Below are positions 19,053-29,659 of a DNA stretch of 64,000 nt, in pieces (position 1 is the stretch's first letter; every line of letters begins with the position of its first letter). Below the pieces are notes generated by a model, which saw only the letters and a program-made list of their open reading frames with translations, made no database searches and was not told the origin of the DNA. A program made the translations under genes and the position numbers. Origin of the DNA: an uncultured Alphaproteobacteria bacterium (GTDB lineage: Bacteria; Pseudomonadota; Alphaproteobacteria; Rs-D84); assembly GCA_944393245.1 (NCBI GenBank), contig CALXZM010000004.1, forward strand, positions 66,942 to 130,941, written 5' to 3'.

Positions 19053-22000
19053 ATGTCAAAAATTCTGCATTGTTTTTTGTGTCTGATATTTTTGGGTTAT
19101 ACTGGCGTTGCAATGGCTGCAACGGTTGTTGGTGGGGGGACTGTTGTTGCCCCAGGAGGCGGAACCGTTGTCGGCCCCAGTGCCACCCCAAGTGGTTCGT
19201 ATTCGTGTCCAACGTACAGAAAATATTCCAGTTGTACGGAGGGATATTATCTGGCGTATTCTTATACGGGGACGTCATATAATAGTATCAGACATTATTC
19301 AATACCACGTGCGGGAAATGCGTGTAGACCATGTACGGATTATGATACTTACTATAATAAGCCCGATGGTTCATATTACTGTGCGGGTGGAAAGACGGCA
19401 CCAGTATTTAATAAGGTTACAATTACATATGACCTGAATGGGGGGGATGGGAGTGTACCAAGCCCTGAACTTTGCACGCCGAATTCAACATGCCCATTGG
19501 TTAAAGGAAATACAACATCGTTTTATCGTGCGGGATATGTGTTTAAGGGGTGGACACCAGAGGGAAGCACATCCGATAAAGTTGTAGATTTTGATGATTT
19601 TGTGCCAGGATCTGAAAATATGACTTTATATGCCGTGTGGACGCCATGTGGCATCGGTAAGTACAAGCCCGGCAGTGGAACCCAGGCTGCGGCCGCATGT
19701 TCGTCATGTCCAGAATTAACCCCGGGGTTTGAATATTTCCCCGCAACAACAAATGCCAGTTTAACGGAATGCCGTCAGGGTATTACAAATGCCGAAGATG
19801 CTAACAAATATTGCGATGCACCATCAGAAACAACCGAACTGTTTGACATCCAATGTTATGCCACGTCTGATGGAACATGGGGTGATTGTGCAATAGGAAA
19901 TGTTTGGACGGCCAAACCCGGCAGTTATGTTGGTATTTGGAAACAGGAAATGCCGGCAGAGGATGTTATTGAAAATATGTGTATACCATGTGGTGTTGGC
20001 ACATACAGTGAAGGCGGACTGATAAACAGTTGTTCATCATGTCCAGAATTAACACCTGGGTTTGAATACGCGCCGTTGAAAAGACTTACCAGCATAGATA
20101 ATTGTACCCAAGTAAATTATGATATAAGTTTAATTAATAATAATTGTACAAGTTTGCCAGGGCAAGAAAGTCGACCTAAAATCAATATTAGAGCATCTGC
20201 TGAAACTGGCGATTGGGCTACATATGCCGTTTCGCCGACAGAAGGAGCTGTATATGCGGTGCCAGGGGCTTATGTAAATCAAGATATGATGACCAATGGG
20301 GAACATTTGGATATATCTGGGTTTAATGCAAGTAATTTGTGTGTCATGTGCACCGATGCAACATTTAGTCCAGGTGGTGACGTGCATTCGTGTTCTGCGT
20401 GTCCGCCCGGGTATGATGCCAACACAGAGACGGGAAAAACATCAGCGGCCGAATGCCAAATCAGTTGTAATGCCGGAACGTATGTTGCAACCGCAAATGC
20501 GACGTGTACCACGGTGGGCAGTGGGTACTATAAGGCGGCACATACTGTGAACTATGGTTCGACCAGTACACGTGACCAGTGTCCGACCGCGTATCCGAAT
20601 TCAGATACTGGGGCCGCTGCGGTTACATCTTGTTACAGTAATACCAAATCACGTCCATGGACTGGGTCACAGGTGAATGGCACTGTCCCGACAAATTGCA
20701 GTGCAGTTACCGAATGGGGAACATGTTCGAAGGATTCGTGTGAATATGTGGCATACGCTAACAGTGCCGGTACGGCGGACGGAACGATTAAGTCTGGATG
20801 TTCAACGAACGCGGCCAGTTGTACCAAGCCAGTACAGGCAGTATCTGCTAAACCCGGGTTCTATGATGCAGGAACAACCTGTACGGCATGTCCGTCGGCA
20901 TATCCAAATTCTGCTGATGATAATGAAGGTGGTATATCTAAATGCTATATGAGTGTTTCCGGCGGTAAATACGTTGCAACGGCAAATGCGACATCTGTAT
21001 CGACCTGTGCGGCGGGTACATATAAAGCGGCGCATACGGTTTATTACGGATCAACATCTTCGTGCAGTGCGTGTACTGGACGTACCAAGTACAGTGCGGC
21101 TGGCGCATCGGCGTGTAGCACCGTCGGCAGTGGTTATTATACAACGGGCTGCAATACCAGTGGCAACAACTGTACTGGTCAGTCACAGTGTACCGGCGCG
21201 ACATATTGCAGCGGTGGTGTGCAAACCGATTGCCCTGCACAAACATCTGGGTGGACACGTAATGGGGGTACTGGGTGGACTTCTTATACTCAGTGCAATC
21301 AAACACGTGCGGCAACATCGGTCAGTTCATACTGCAGTGCTGGCCAATTAAAGCAAACGGCAACCAGTGCAACCGCGTGGGGCGCATCCTCCATATCGAC
21401 CGCGTTCCAGGCCAAGGCCGGTGCATATGTAAATGGTCAGACCTGTTCACAATGTACGGCGGATAATTACTGTACTGGTGGCACGGCTGCACCAACAGAT
21501 TGTCCGTCTGGTTATCCGAATTCAGATGTCGGGGCCGCTGCGGTTACATCTTGTTACAGTAACACTAAATCACGTCCATGGTCTGGGTCACAGGTGAATG
21601 GCACTGTCCCGACAAATTGCAGTGCAGTTACCGAATGGGGAACATGTTCGAAGGATTCGTGTGAATACGTGGCATATGCTAACAGTGCCGGTACGGCGGA
21701 CGGAACGATTAAGTCTGGATGTTCAACGAACGCGGCCAATTGTACCAAGCCAGTAAAGGCAGTATCGGCTAAATCCGGGTTCTATGATGCGGGAACAACC
21801 TGTACGGCATGTCCGTCTGGATACCCGAACAGTGATGCAGATAACGAAGGTGGCGTAACCCAGTGTTACAGTGATGAAAAATCGCGGCCGTGGATGGGTG
21901 GACAAATATCGTGCAAAACACCGGCGGGCTGTTCGGACAGTACGTGTAATATATGTACTTTGCCGGCGTGTTCATACGTGGCATATTCCAACAGTACCGG

Positions 22001-23045
22001 CAGTGCAGACGGTGCAATTAAATCGGGATGTGCAACAAATAACGAAGATTGTCAGCAAACCGTAAAATCAGTTACTGCCAATGCTGGACGGTATGTCAGT
22101 GGCATAACATGTCCAGCGTGCGCAGTTGGCACGTTCCAGGGGGCTGATGACAGCACAGCAACGTCTTGTTCAGTGTGTGCCGCCAATACTTATGCCGCAT
22201 CAACTGGAATGTCGGCGTGTACGGCGTGTCCGTCTGGATATTCAACCAGTGGTGACACAGCCGCGAACCACGATGCAAAATCTGATTGCAGTATTACTTG
22301 TGCGGCGGGAACACGTGTGGTAACACCAGATGCTGCGTGCACAACACCAACGGGCAGTTGGTATACTGCATCGCACAGTGTGGCGGCGGGTTCAACAACA
22401 CCGACTGCAACGGTCAAAGCATGTCTGACGAATTATTCAACGCCCAACACAACAACGCGTACGGACCACGATGCATCAACGGATTGTAAAATCAGTTGTG
22501 ATGCGGGCACCAGAATTACCGCGGCAAACGCAACAAGTTGTACTACACCGGCTGGTAATTGGTACGTTGGTGCACACAGTGTCGCCCAGGGCAGTGTCAG
22601 TTCGTACAGCAACTGTTTGACCAACTATACAATCAGTGGTACCGCAGCAGCAAACCACGATACGGCAAGTGATTGTAAGATTTCCTGTGGCGGCGGTTCA
22701 TATATTGCGAACGCAAATAACACAACGTGTTCTGATGTTGGTGCCGGATATTGGGCGGCGGCGTCCACCGTGTCTCAGGGCAGCCCAGGCGTTCGTAATG
22801 CGTGTGATGATGGTTTGACCACAATTGGTTCGGGCGCCGGGGCGGACGAAGCCGGTGATTGTGGGCGGGTGCTGAATGTGAACGGTGAAAAGATTTACCT
22901 GCGCAGCACGAAAAAGACCACACCGTCATTGAATGTTGGAATTAATGGCAAAACGTTCTATGGCAATATGGGTACGGCGACCAAGGGAACGCTGCGAATT
23001 AATTCAGGTGGAACGACTTATTCCGTATATGACGACAGTATGTAA
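19053..23045 (+). CDS. 1330-aa secreted Cys-rich repeat protein with one InlB B-repeat (Flg_new)-like module
   Basis: Signal peptide; ITYDLNGG...F.GW...TLYAVW module; many CxxC/CPxG(Y/T) repeats; beta-rich C-terminal tail ending YSVYDDSM. Confidence 0.9.
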   Translation: MSKILHCFLCLIFLGYTGVAMAATVVGGGTVVAPGGGTVVGPSATPSGSYSCPTYRKYSSCTEGYYLAYSYTGTSYNSIRHYSIPRAGNACRPCTDYDTYYNKPDGSYYCAGGKTAPVFNKVTITYDLNGGDGSVPSPELCTPNSTCPLVKGNTTSFYRAGYVFKGWTPEGSTSDKVVDFDDFVPGSENMTLYAVWTPCGIGKYKPGSGTQAAAACSSCPELTPGFEYFPATTNASLTECRQGITNAEDANKYCDAPSETTELFDIQCYATSDGTWGDCAIGNVWTAKPGSYVGIWKQEMPAEDVIENMCIPCGVGTYSEGGLINSCSSCPELTPGFEYAPLKRLTSIDNCTQVNYDISLINNNCTSLPGQESRPKINIRASAETGDWATYAVSPTEGAVYAVPGAYVNQDMMTNGEHLDISGFNASNLCVMCTDATFSPGGDVHSCSACPPGYDANTETGKTSAAECQISCNAGTYVATANATCTTVGSGYYKAAHTVNYGSTSTRDQCPTAYPNSDTGAAAVTSCYSNTKSRPWTGSQVNGTVPTNCSAVTEWGTCSKDSCEYVAYANSAGTADGTIKSGCSTNAASCTKPVQAVSAKPGFYDAGTTCTACPSAYPNSADDNEGGISKCYMSVSGGKYVATANATSVSTCAAGTYKAAHTVYYGSTSSCSACTGRTKYSAAGASACSTVGSGYYTTGCNTSGNNCTGQSQCTGATYCSGGVQTDCPAQTSGWTRNGGTGWTSYTQCNQTRAATSVSSYCSAGQLKQTATSATAWGASSISTAFQAKAGAYVNGQTCSQCTADNYCTGGTAAPTDCPSGYPNSDVGAAAVTSCYSNTKSRPWSGSQVNGTVPTNCSAVTEWGTCSKDSCEYVAYANSAGTADGTIKSGCSTNAANCTKPVKAVSAKSGFYDAGTTCTACPSGYPNSDADNEGGVTQCYSDEKSRPWMGGQISCKTPAGCSDSTCNICTLPACSYVAYSNSTGSADGAIKSGCATNNEDCQQTVKSVTANAGRYVSGITCPACAVGTFQGADDSTATSCSVCAANTYAASTGMSACTACPSGYSTSGDTAANHDAKSDCSITCAAGTRVVTPDAACTTPTGSWYTASHSVAAGSTTPTATVKACLTNYSTPNTTTRTDHDASTDCKISCDAGTRITAANATSCTTPAGNWYVGAHSVAQGSVSSYSNCLTNYTISGTAAANHDTASDCKISCGGGSYIANANNTTCSDVGAGYWAAASTVSQGSPGVRNACDDGLTTIGSGAGADEAGDCGRVLNVNGEKIYLRSTKKTTPSLNVGINGKTFYGNMGTATKGTLRINSGGTTYSVYDDSM
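20592..21817 (+). repeat. Intragenic ~305-bp direct repeat (20592-20896 and 21513-21817)
   Basis: Near-identical DNA at a 921-bp offset, encoding SCYSNTKSRPW...CTACPS. A third, diverged copy is visible at protein level near 21860-22120. Confidence 0.92.
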
Positions 23046-23071
23046 AAAAACGGGGCAAATGCCCCGTTTTT
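23043..23071. terminator. Terminator (ACGGGGC-N4-GCCCCGT family)
   Basis: aaaaaaacggggc-aaat-gccccgttttt. Confidence 0.85.
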
Positions 23072-23212
23072 ATCTTTGCAAACGTAAGACCCCCGGGCGT
23101 AAGCCCGAGGGTGTTTTATTGCTAGATACTAGTAATTTTATATTCGTTAATCAATATTCGGGGTGTTGCCCGTATTTATTGTAAATACTGGTTAATGGTA
23201 TCGAATCACGGG

Positions 23213-23437
23213 TTACTGGCATCGTTTTTCGCCCTGGTGACGGGCGGCAGATAATGCCGTACGCAGTGATTGTTCGGCAATTTGTCTAATTTTTTGCGAA
23301 AATGTGCGCAAATTCAATGTGTCGGCAACGGTGTCCGCGAATATTTGTGATATGTATTCGATTTGTGTTGGTGCAATTATAAAAACTTCACTGGTTATGT
23401 TTGCCGGATTCAGTCGGCGCGCCGTTGGTTCACGCAT
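23213..23437 (-). CDS. Small hypothetical protein (74 aa)
   Basis: G8 tract then ataaaaATG (MREPTARRLNP...); fills the gap between a hairpin and the secA promoter. Confidence 0.45.
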   Translation of the reverse strand: MREPTARRLNPANITSEVFIIAPTQIEYISQIFADTVADTLNLRTFSQKIRQIAEQSLRTALSAARHQGEKRCQ

Positions 23438-23572
23438 TTTTATCCCCCCCCACATCATAATATTTTTTATGTTTTGTACTTGTTTGTTTCTTTTATTGCA
23501 TTATATCATAAAGTGCCTTGACCGCAAGGCACAAAATTGCTATACCATCAGGGATAATACAAGGATTTTGGT

Positions 23573-26182
23573 ATGTTAAAAAATGTTATAGGAAAATTGT
23601 TGGGATCGGCCAACGACAGAATTGTCAAATCATATGACAAAGTTGTTTCACTGATAAATGATTTAGAACCCAAATACCACGCAATGTCTGATGCGGAATT
23701 GCGGGCACAGACAGATGTTTTGCGTAAACGGTTGGCAGACGGGGAAAAAGAAAAAAATATTTTACCAGACGCGTTCGCCGTCGTGCGCGAGGCTGCAAAC
23801 CGAACAATCGGATTACGGCACTTTAACGTTCAATTAATTGGTGGTATGGTTTTGACAAATGGCCAGATTGCAGAAATGAAAACCGGCGAAGGTAAAACAT
23901 TGGTTGCAACACTGGCATTATATTTAAAGGCTTTGCACGGCAAAGGCGCACATCTGATTACTGTAAATGATTATTTGGCGTCACGTGATGCGGAATGGAT
24001 GGGGCAAGTGTATAAATTCCTGGGGATGACCGTTGGAATTATTCAGCATGATATGACTGATGATGAACGCCGTAATGCGTATGCGTGTGATATTACATAT
24101 GTGACTAATTCAGAACTAGGTTTTGATTATCTGCGCGATAATATGAAATTTTCCAAGGCACAACAGGTGTTGCGTCCGTTGTTCTTTGCGATTGTTGACG
24201 AAGTCGACAGTATTTTAATTGACGAGGCGCGTACCCCATTGATTATTTCTGGCCCGGCCGAAGATACCAGCGAATTATATGAAAAAGTTGATTCCGTCGT
24301 TGCGCAATTGTCGCCAGATGATTATAAAAAAGATGAAAAAGACCGTCATGTTACGTTGACTGAAACCGGTGTTGATACGGCAACAAAATTGCTAAAAGAC
24401 GCAGGGTTGTTGGTGGGTGATAATTTGTATGCGTCTGAAAATGCGGCAATTGTTATGCATATTCAGCAATCTTTGTTGGCGCATCATTTGTATCAGAAAA
24501 ATGTAAATTATGTTGTACGTAATGGGGAAATATTAATCGTAGATGAATTTACCGGACGTGTAATGACCGGCCGACGCTTTGGCAAGGGGTTGCATCAGGC
24601 AATAGAGGCCAAAGAACATGTAAAAGTTCAGCCAGAAAACCAAACAGTGTCCAGTATTTCATATCAAAATCTGTTCCGCTTGTATCCGACTTTATCAGGT
24701 ATGACCGGAACTGCCATGACCGAGGCCGCAGAATTTGAAGAAATTTATAAATTGCGTGTCGTTTCTATTCCGACAAATCGCCCCGTGGCGCGTATTGACC
24801 ATCATGATGAAATTTATCGCAACAAAGATGAAAAATATGACGCAATTATAAAACAAATTTCTGATTGTATGGAACGGCAACAACCTGTGTTGGTTGGAAC
24901 CGTTTCTATTGAAAAATCCGAAGAATTGGCCGCAATAGTGCGTAAAAAATTGGGCATTAATCCAGCGGTGTTGAATGCCAAACATCATGAATCAGAGGCT
25001 AAAATTGTTGCACAGGCGGGCGCGCCTGGTGCCGTTACCATTGCAACAAATATGGCCGGACGTGGAACGGATATTAAACTGGGGGGTAATGCAGAAGAAT
25101 TAATTGCAGAATTATCACCAGAAGATCCTGAATTTGATGTAAAAAAGAAAGAAATATACGAACGGATAGAGGCCAACAAGAAAAAAGTATTAGATGCCGG
25201 CGGATTGTACGTCATTGGTACAGAACGGCACGAATCGCGGCGTATTGATAATCAGCTGCGTGGTCGTTCCGGCCGCCAGGGGGACCCGGGTGATTCAAAA
25301 TTCTTTTTGGCGTTGGATGATGATTTAATGCGCATATTTGGTGCAGCCAGATTACAGGGTATGTTGACCACATTGGGATTAAAACCAGGCGAGGCAATCA
25401 CGCACCCGTGGATAACCAAGGCGTTGGAAAAAGCACAAAAGCGTGTAGAGGCCAGATACTTTGAATCACGTAAAGAATTATTGAAATACGATGACGTTAT
25501 GAACGAACAACGTGGTGTCGTGTACAAGCAACGTGATGACTTAATGGTGTCCGAAGATTTAACACCATTGGCGCATGAAATGATTGGCGATGTTGTGGAA
25601 ATGATTTGTGAAAACAATATCCCAGAAAAAGCGCATCCAGCCGATTGGAATATTCAGGGTATTCATGACGCAATGTTGCGTATATTCGCATTGGATATTA
25701 CTGATATAGAAAAGTGGAAAACAGATGAAACCATTTCGGAACGTCGCGCGTATGAAATACTGAATAACCTGGCCATGCGTCGGTATCAGCATCAGGCCGA
25801 AAAATACGGGCCTGAATTGATGCAAATGGCATCACGTCAAATGATGTTGGGCGCATTGGATTCAGTGTGGAAACGTCATTTACAACAGATGGATTATTTA
25901 CAGACGGCAATCGGATTACGCGGATATGCCCAGAAAAATCCACTGTATGAATATAAACGTGAAGCATTGGATTTATTCAAGAATACTATTAATAATTTCA
26001 AGATAATGTCTGTGTCGTACATATGTCGTATGGAATTAACACGTGAAGATGTTGCCGCAACTGAAAAAGAACGCGCACAACATGATGCCGCGTTAAATGA
26101 TGCAGGTGAAGCACGCCGTAATGCGCCCTGCCCGTGCGGTTCTGGATTAAAATACAAACATTGTCATGGAAAATTAAAATAA
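23573..26182 (+). CDS. secA: Preprotein translocase SecA
   Basis: MKTGEGKTL, DEVDSILIDEARTPLIISG, TNMAGRGTDI and C-terminal CPCGSGLKYKHCHG. Confidence 0.99.
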   Translation: MLKNVIGKLLGSANDRIVKSYDKVVSLINDLEPKYHAMSDAELRAQTDVLRKRLADGEKEKNILPDAFAVVREAANRTIGLRHFNVQLIGGMVLTNGQIAEMKTGEGKTLVATLALYLKALHGKGAHLITVNDYLASRDAEWMGQVYKFLGMTVGIIQHDMTDDERRNAYACDITYVTNSELGFDYLRDNMKFSKAQQVLRPLFFAIVDEVDSILIDEARTPLIISGPAEDTSELYEKVDSVVAQLSPDDYKKDEKDRHVTLTETGVDTATKLLKDAGLLVGDNLYASENAAIVMHIQQSLLAHHLYQKNVNYVVRNGEILIVDEFTGRVMTGRRFGKGLHQAIEAKEHVKVQPENQTVSSISYQNLFRLYPTLSGMTGTAMTEAAEFEEIYKLRVVSIPTNRPVARIDHHDEIYRNKDEKYDAIIKQISDCMERQQPVLVGTVSIEKSEELAAIVRKKLGINPAVLNAKHHESEAKIVAQAGAPGAVTIATNMAGRGTDIKLGGNAEELIAELSPEDPEFDVKKKEIYERIEANKKKVLDAGGLYVIGTERHESRRIDNQLRGRSGRQGDPGDSKFFLALDDDLMRIFGAARLQGMLTTLGLKPGEAITHPWITKALEKAQKRVEARYFESRKELLKYDDVMNEQRGVVYKQRDDLMVSEDLTPLAHEMIGDVVEMICENNIPEKAHPADWNIQGIHDAMLRIFALDITDIEKWKTDETISERRAYEILNNLAMRRYQHQAEKYGPELMQMASRQMMLGALDSVWKRHLQQMDYLQTAIGLRGYAQKNPLYEYKREALDLFKNTINNFKIMSVSYICRMELTREDVAATEKERAQHDAALNDAGEARRNAPCPCGSGLKYKHCHGKLK

Positions 26183-26207
26183 AAAATGGGGCAAATGCCC
26201 CATTTTT
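26180..26207. terminator. Bidirectional terminator between secA and pfkA
   Basis: aaaaaatggggc-aaat-gccccattttt. Confidence 0.85.
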
Positions 26208-26208
26208 A

Positions 26209-27288
26209 TTATTTCATTTCACCAATATAAATTCCCATGTCTGTGGCAATGCTTAATAACGGGTCATCTGGTGAAACGTATGCATCGGATGTTTGTAAAT
26301 CTGGAATGTTTGGATCGGCCGTTACGTATCCAGTATTAAAGAAGTCTGATAAGCTGACCGTTTCACATTTGCAATCATTAACCGCCGTCATGACGTATGT
26401 TTCGTTGTTTTCGATTGCATGTAGTGCGCAATCCGCCATGCGTGCGGCCAGAATTCTGTCCGCGGCGGTTGTGTCACCAACGCGTTGGGTGTGTTCTGGA
26501 TATGCAGTGCGGTTCATTATGCCGGCCGCGGTTAATTTCCTGGAAATCATATCCGCAGGACGACCAGAATGACCACGTAATGATATGCCTTCGGATACCA
26601 GAATTATGCCATAATCCGTGGGCGCATGTTTTATGTGGTTAATCAATGCAGTTGTGTCGAATTTTATTTCTGGAATTAATATCGCAGTTGCACCAATTGC
26701 GATTCCTGCATTTAATGCCAATTGGCCACAATCGCGTCCCATGGTTTGTGTCACAAACCAGCGATGATGACTGCGCGCCGTTAACATCAATTGGTCACAA
26801 AATGTTGTTAATTGTTGAACAGCAGTGTTAAACCCAATTGTTTTATCTGTCAATGGAATATCCATGTCGATGGTTTTGGGTATGCATATTAATTGCAGGC
26901 CTGAATATATTTCATGATTGCGCCATGCCAGGGATAAACTGCCATTGCCGCCAATTAAAATTAATGCGTCCAGTTTCAGTGCCATCAAAGATTTGCGTAA
27001 CTGTTTATTAAATTGCGCCAATTTGCCCGTTGCCGCCGCAGTTTCAAAATTCAATGCATCTGCACGACCATTGTGCAGTAAACTGCCGGCCAAACGTGCA
27101 TTTTCAATTGGCAATGTATCATCGTTAAATTCCACAACGCGTGGTGGGTTCGTGCATAAACCGTCCGTTCCGTCCAATATCCCAACAACATGCCATCCAC
27201 GTAATGTTGCACCACGATATAAACGCTGAATTACGGTGTTTAATCCCGAACAATCACCGCCCGTTGTCATTATTCCTATTCGTTTCAT
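26209..27288 (-). CDS. pfkA: 6-phosphofructokinase (PfkA family)
   Basis: TTGGDCSGLN, IGGNGS, IPKTID, TMGRDCG and SEG motifs. Confidence 0.9.
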   Translation of the reverse strand: MKRIGIMTTGGDCSGLNTVIQRLYRGATLRGWHVVGILDGTDGLCTNPPRVVEFNDDTLPIENARLAGSLLHNGRADALNFETAAATGKLAQFNKQLRKSLMALKLDALILIGGNGSLSLAWRNHEIYSGLQLICIPKTIDMDIPLTDKTIGFNTAVQQLTTFCDQLMLTARSHHRWFVTQTMGRDCGQLALNAGIAIGATAILIPEIKFDTTALINHIKHAPTDYGIILVSEGISLRGHSGRPADMISRKLTAAGIMNRTAYPEHTQRVGDTTAADRILAARMADCALHAIENNETYVMTAVNDCKCETVSLSDFFNTGYVTADPNIPDLQTSDAYVSPDDPLLSIATDMGIYIGEMK

Positions 27289-27398
27289 TTTTTCCCCTTG
27301 GTATTCGCTAAATTATAACACAAATAAGTTGACAAAGAAATTATATTTGCAATAATTTGTCCAAAAGTTATTTGGTATATTTTCAGGAGAATATCGGC

Positions 27399-28577
27399 AT
27401 GTCAAAAAACAACAAATCCAATAATAATATTGGGAAAACCAAGCGTTCAACCGACGATTTGATTGACAGTGCAATCGCCCAACAAAATGATTGGATGGAA
27501 AATCGCCGTAATTTTGCGCGACGCTTTTTGAAAACATTGAATATTTTTGCGCGCCCAAATCCTAAAAAGGAGGATAACGGTGCGGAAAATGTGGCGTCGG
27601 ATGTGCAACATCCTGAACGGCGTGGTGGTGGTTTGGCATCGTATTGGTTCCCGATATTGTGTGCGATTATTGTTATTTTGATTGCTGTTTGGGTGGCTTT
27701 CTTTCATCGGCCCACTGATAAAGTGATAGTTGTGCCGCCTGTTGCCACAACAGAACCCACAACAATTGATGTTGAAACTTTTGATACTGTTGCCGTTCCA
27801 ACATTTGACATTGTACGCATAGAACCCGATGGAAAAGTTATCGTTGCGGGGCGTTGGATGGCAAATGACGCCGTGTCTGTTGTTGTGAATGGCGAAATAG
27901 TCGCAACAGAACGAACAAACAGAAATGGGGAATTTGTATATTCGCCTGTTAAGCAATTTACGCCTGGGAATTACACAATTTCATTAATCGGCATAACGAA
28001 TAATGTAAAATCCAATGAAAATGTTTTTGTATATATTTCGCCGCGCGGATATCAGAATTCTGTATCTTTGTTAATGACTGATGATGGCAGCACTTTGTTA
28101 CAGGCCCCGACAATGTTGGTTGATGGTGATTTGGTTGTAACAAAAATTGATTATTTAGATACCGGACGTATTGTTATAACCGGTGATGCATTGCCGCGTT
28201 TGCGTGTATCATTGTCGTTGGATGACAAGTATTTAGGTTTCGCACGTGTTTCTGATTACAAACATTTTGGACTGGGGGCCGATGTTGGGAATTTAGTTCC
28301 AGGTCGCGAATATAAATTAACCGTTCGTTTGCATGACGGTGACGGTCGCGCAATTGCCGAAGTGGCACATGAATTTGTCATGCCAGAAATGACCGGTGAT
28401 GATGATACTTATTATACCGTGCGCCGTGGTGATTGTTTGTGGGTTATTGCGCGCAATTTCCTGCGTCGGGGCGTGCTGTTTAGTATAATTGCAGATAAAA
28501 ACAATATAGAAAATCCAAATCTGATATTTCCGGATCAAAATTTACAAATACCGGTGTCAGCTGGGGAACATGTATGA
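27399..28577 (+). CDS. Membrane-anchored Ig-like + C-terminal LysM domain protein
   Basis: TM helix, PTFDIVRIEPDG...VAGR, and C-terminal YTVRRGDCLW.IAR...NPNLIFPDQ LysM. Confidence 0.9.
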   Translation: MSKNNKSNNNIGKTKRSTDDLIDSAIAQQNDWMENRRNFARRFLKTLNIFARPNPKKEDNGAENVASDVQHPERRGGGLASYWFPILCAIIVILIAVWVAFFHRPTDKVIVVPPVATTEPTTIDVETFDTVAVPTFDIVRIEPDGKVIVAGRWMANDAVSVVVNGEIVATERTNRNGEFVYSPVKQFTPGNYTISLIGITNNVKSNENVFVYISPRGYQNSVSLLMTDDGSTLLQAPTMLVDGDLVVTKIDYLDTGRIVITGDALPRLRVSLSLDDKYLGFARVSDYKHFGLGADVGNLVPGREYKLTVRLHDGDGRAIAEVAHEFVMPEMTGDDDTYYTVRRGDCLWVIARNFLRRGVLFSIIADKNNIENPNLIFPDQNLQIPVSAGEHV

Positions 28578-28828
28578 ACGAAAAAAGGAATAATAAAAGA
28601 AAATTTCAACAGGCAGAAACAGACGAAGAGTTAGATTGGCAACAATTACTGTATATGATTTCTGCGTTGGCTGATACTGCCCGGGCACGTGGTGCGTATG
28701 CTGTTTTGACACAGTTAGAAGCCATGCGAAAATCAATGGTGCGCAGTAATATAAATAAAAAAATAATTCGTGCAACCCAGGCCAAGTATGAAAAACTGCG
28801 TGACGAATTAAATCAAAAAACCAGATAA
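28574..28828 (+). CDS. Small hypothetical protein (84 aa)
   Basis: ATGA overlap with the LysM gene stop; helical sequence. Confidence 0.6.
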   Translation: MNEKRNNKRKFQQAETDEELDWQQLLYMISALADTARARGAYAVLTQLEAMRKSMVRSNINKKIIRATQAKYEKLRDELNQKTR

Positions 28829-28863
28829 TGTTTTCTTAAAATGATGGGGGGGGGGATAAAGCG

Positions 28864-29367
28864 ATGCGTGCCAGTATGAAAAATATATTTGGATATTTTG
28901 TTGGGATTGTATTGTTTTTGGTTATTATTCCGACATTGATGTGGGTTGTTTCTGTAAAATTGATGCTGGATATCAATTTGACTGGTATCAATATAATTGG
29001 CGCGTTGTTGATGGCGGTGGGTGCGTTTTTTATGATTTGGTCAAATATCGATATGGTGAAAATTGGTCGCGGATGTCCCACAGATGGTTTTAATATCTCA
29101 TTGGGTGAACGCACAAAAAAACTGATTGTTCAAGGACCGTATAAATATACGCGTAATCCAATGTTGTTTGGTACGTTTGTTTTTTATGTTGGGTTGGCAT
29201 TGTTACTGAATTCTTATTCTGCATTGATTGTGCCGATTGTGTTTATTTTGTATATGGTGTGGCATGTCAAGAAATATGAAGAACCCAGGTTATATAATGA
29301 TTTCAAAGAAGAATATATTGAATATAAAAAAAGAACACCATTATTGTTCCCAAAATTCAAAAAATAA
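28864..29367 (+). CDS. Isoprenylcysteine carboxyl methyltransferase / PEMT-family membrane protein
   Basis: G.GCP...KLIVQGPYKYTRNPM..G and EEPRL...F..EY.EYKKRTP motifs. Confidence 0.88.
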   Translation: MRASMKNIFGYFVGIVLFLVIIPTLMWVVSVKLMLDINLTGINIIGALLMAVGAFFMIWSNIDMVKIGRGCPTDGFNISLGERTKKLIVQGPYKYTRNPMLFGTFVFYVGLALLLNSYSALIVPIVFILYMVWHVKKYEEPRLYNDFKEEYIEYKKRTPLLFPKFKK

Positions 29368-29395
29368 AACCGACACAAGGTCGGTTTAATTATCA

Positions 29396-29638
29396 TTACC
29401 ATAATCGTTTGTTGGCAAAGGCCTGGCCTGAACCACTTTTTAGGTATGTTTCAAAATTTTTTGCGGATGTTTCATCTGAAAATGCGATGTAAGTTACTAA
29501 CTTCCAAGGTTTAAATTTTGACGTGTGTTTGGAATATCCAGCATTATGGTCGGTCAGTCGTTGTTTTAAATCAGCAGAATAGCCAATGTATCTTTGATTT
29601 GGAAATTTTTCAGATTCTATAAGATAAACATAAAACAT
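29396..29638 (-). CDS. Stand-alone GIY-YIG nuclease (80 aa)
   Basis: FYVYLI...YIGYSADLKQRL.DHN.G...T.K.KPWKLV...A..FE.YLKSGSG. Confidence 0.92.
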   Translation of the reverse strand: MFYVYLIESEKFPNQRYIGYSADLKQRLTDHNAGYSKHTSKFKPWKLVTYIAFSDETSAKNFETYLKSGSGQAFANKRLW

Positions 29639-29659
29639 ATAAAAATATTATTATATTCA

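Noticed and set aside
26209-27288. PfkA with GGNGS plus PKTIDMD substitutions as a novel enzyme
   Set aside because: Gly/Lys at these positions fits known group III PFKs; the single N-to-M change is insufficient evidence.
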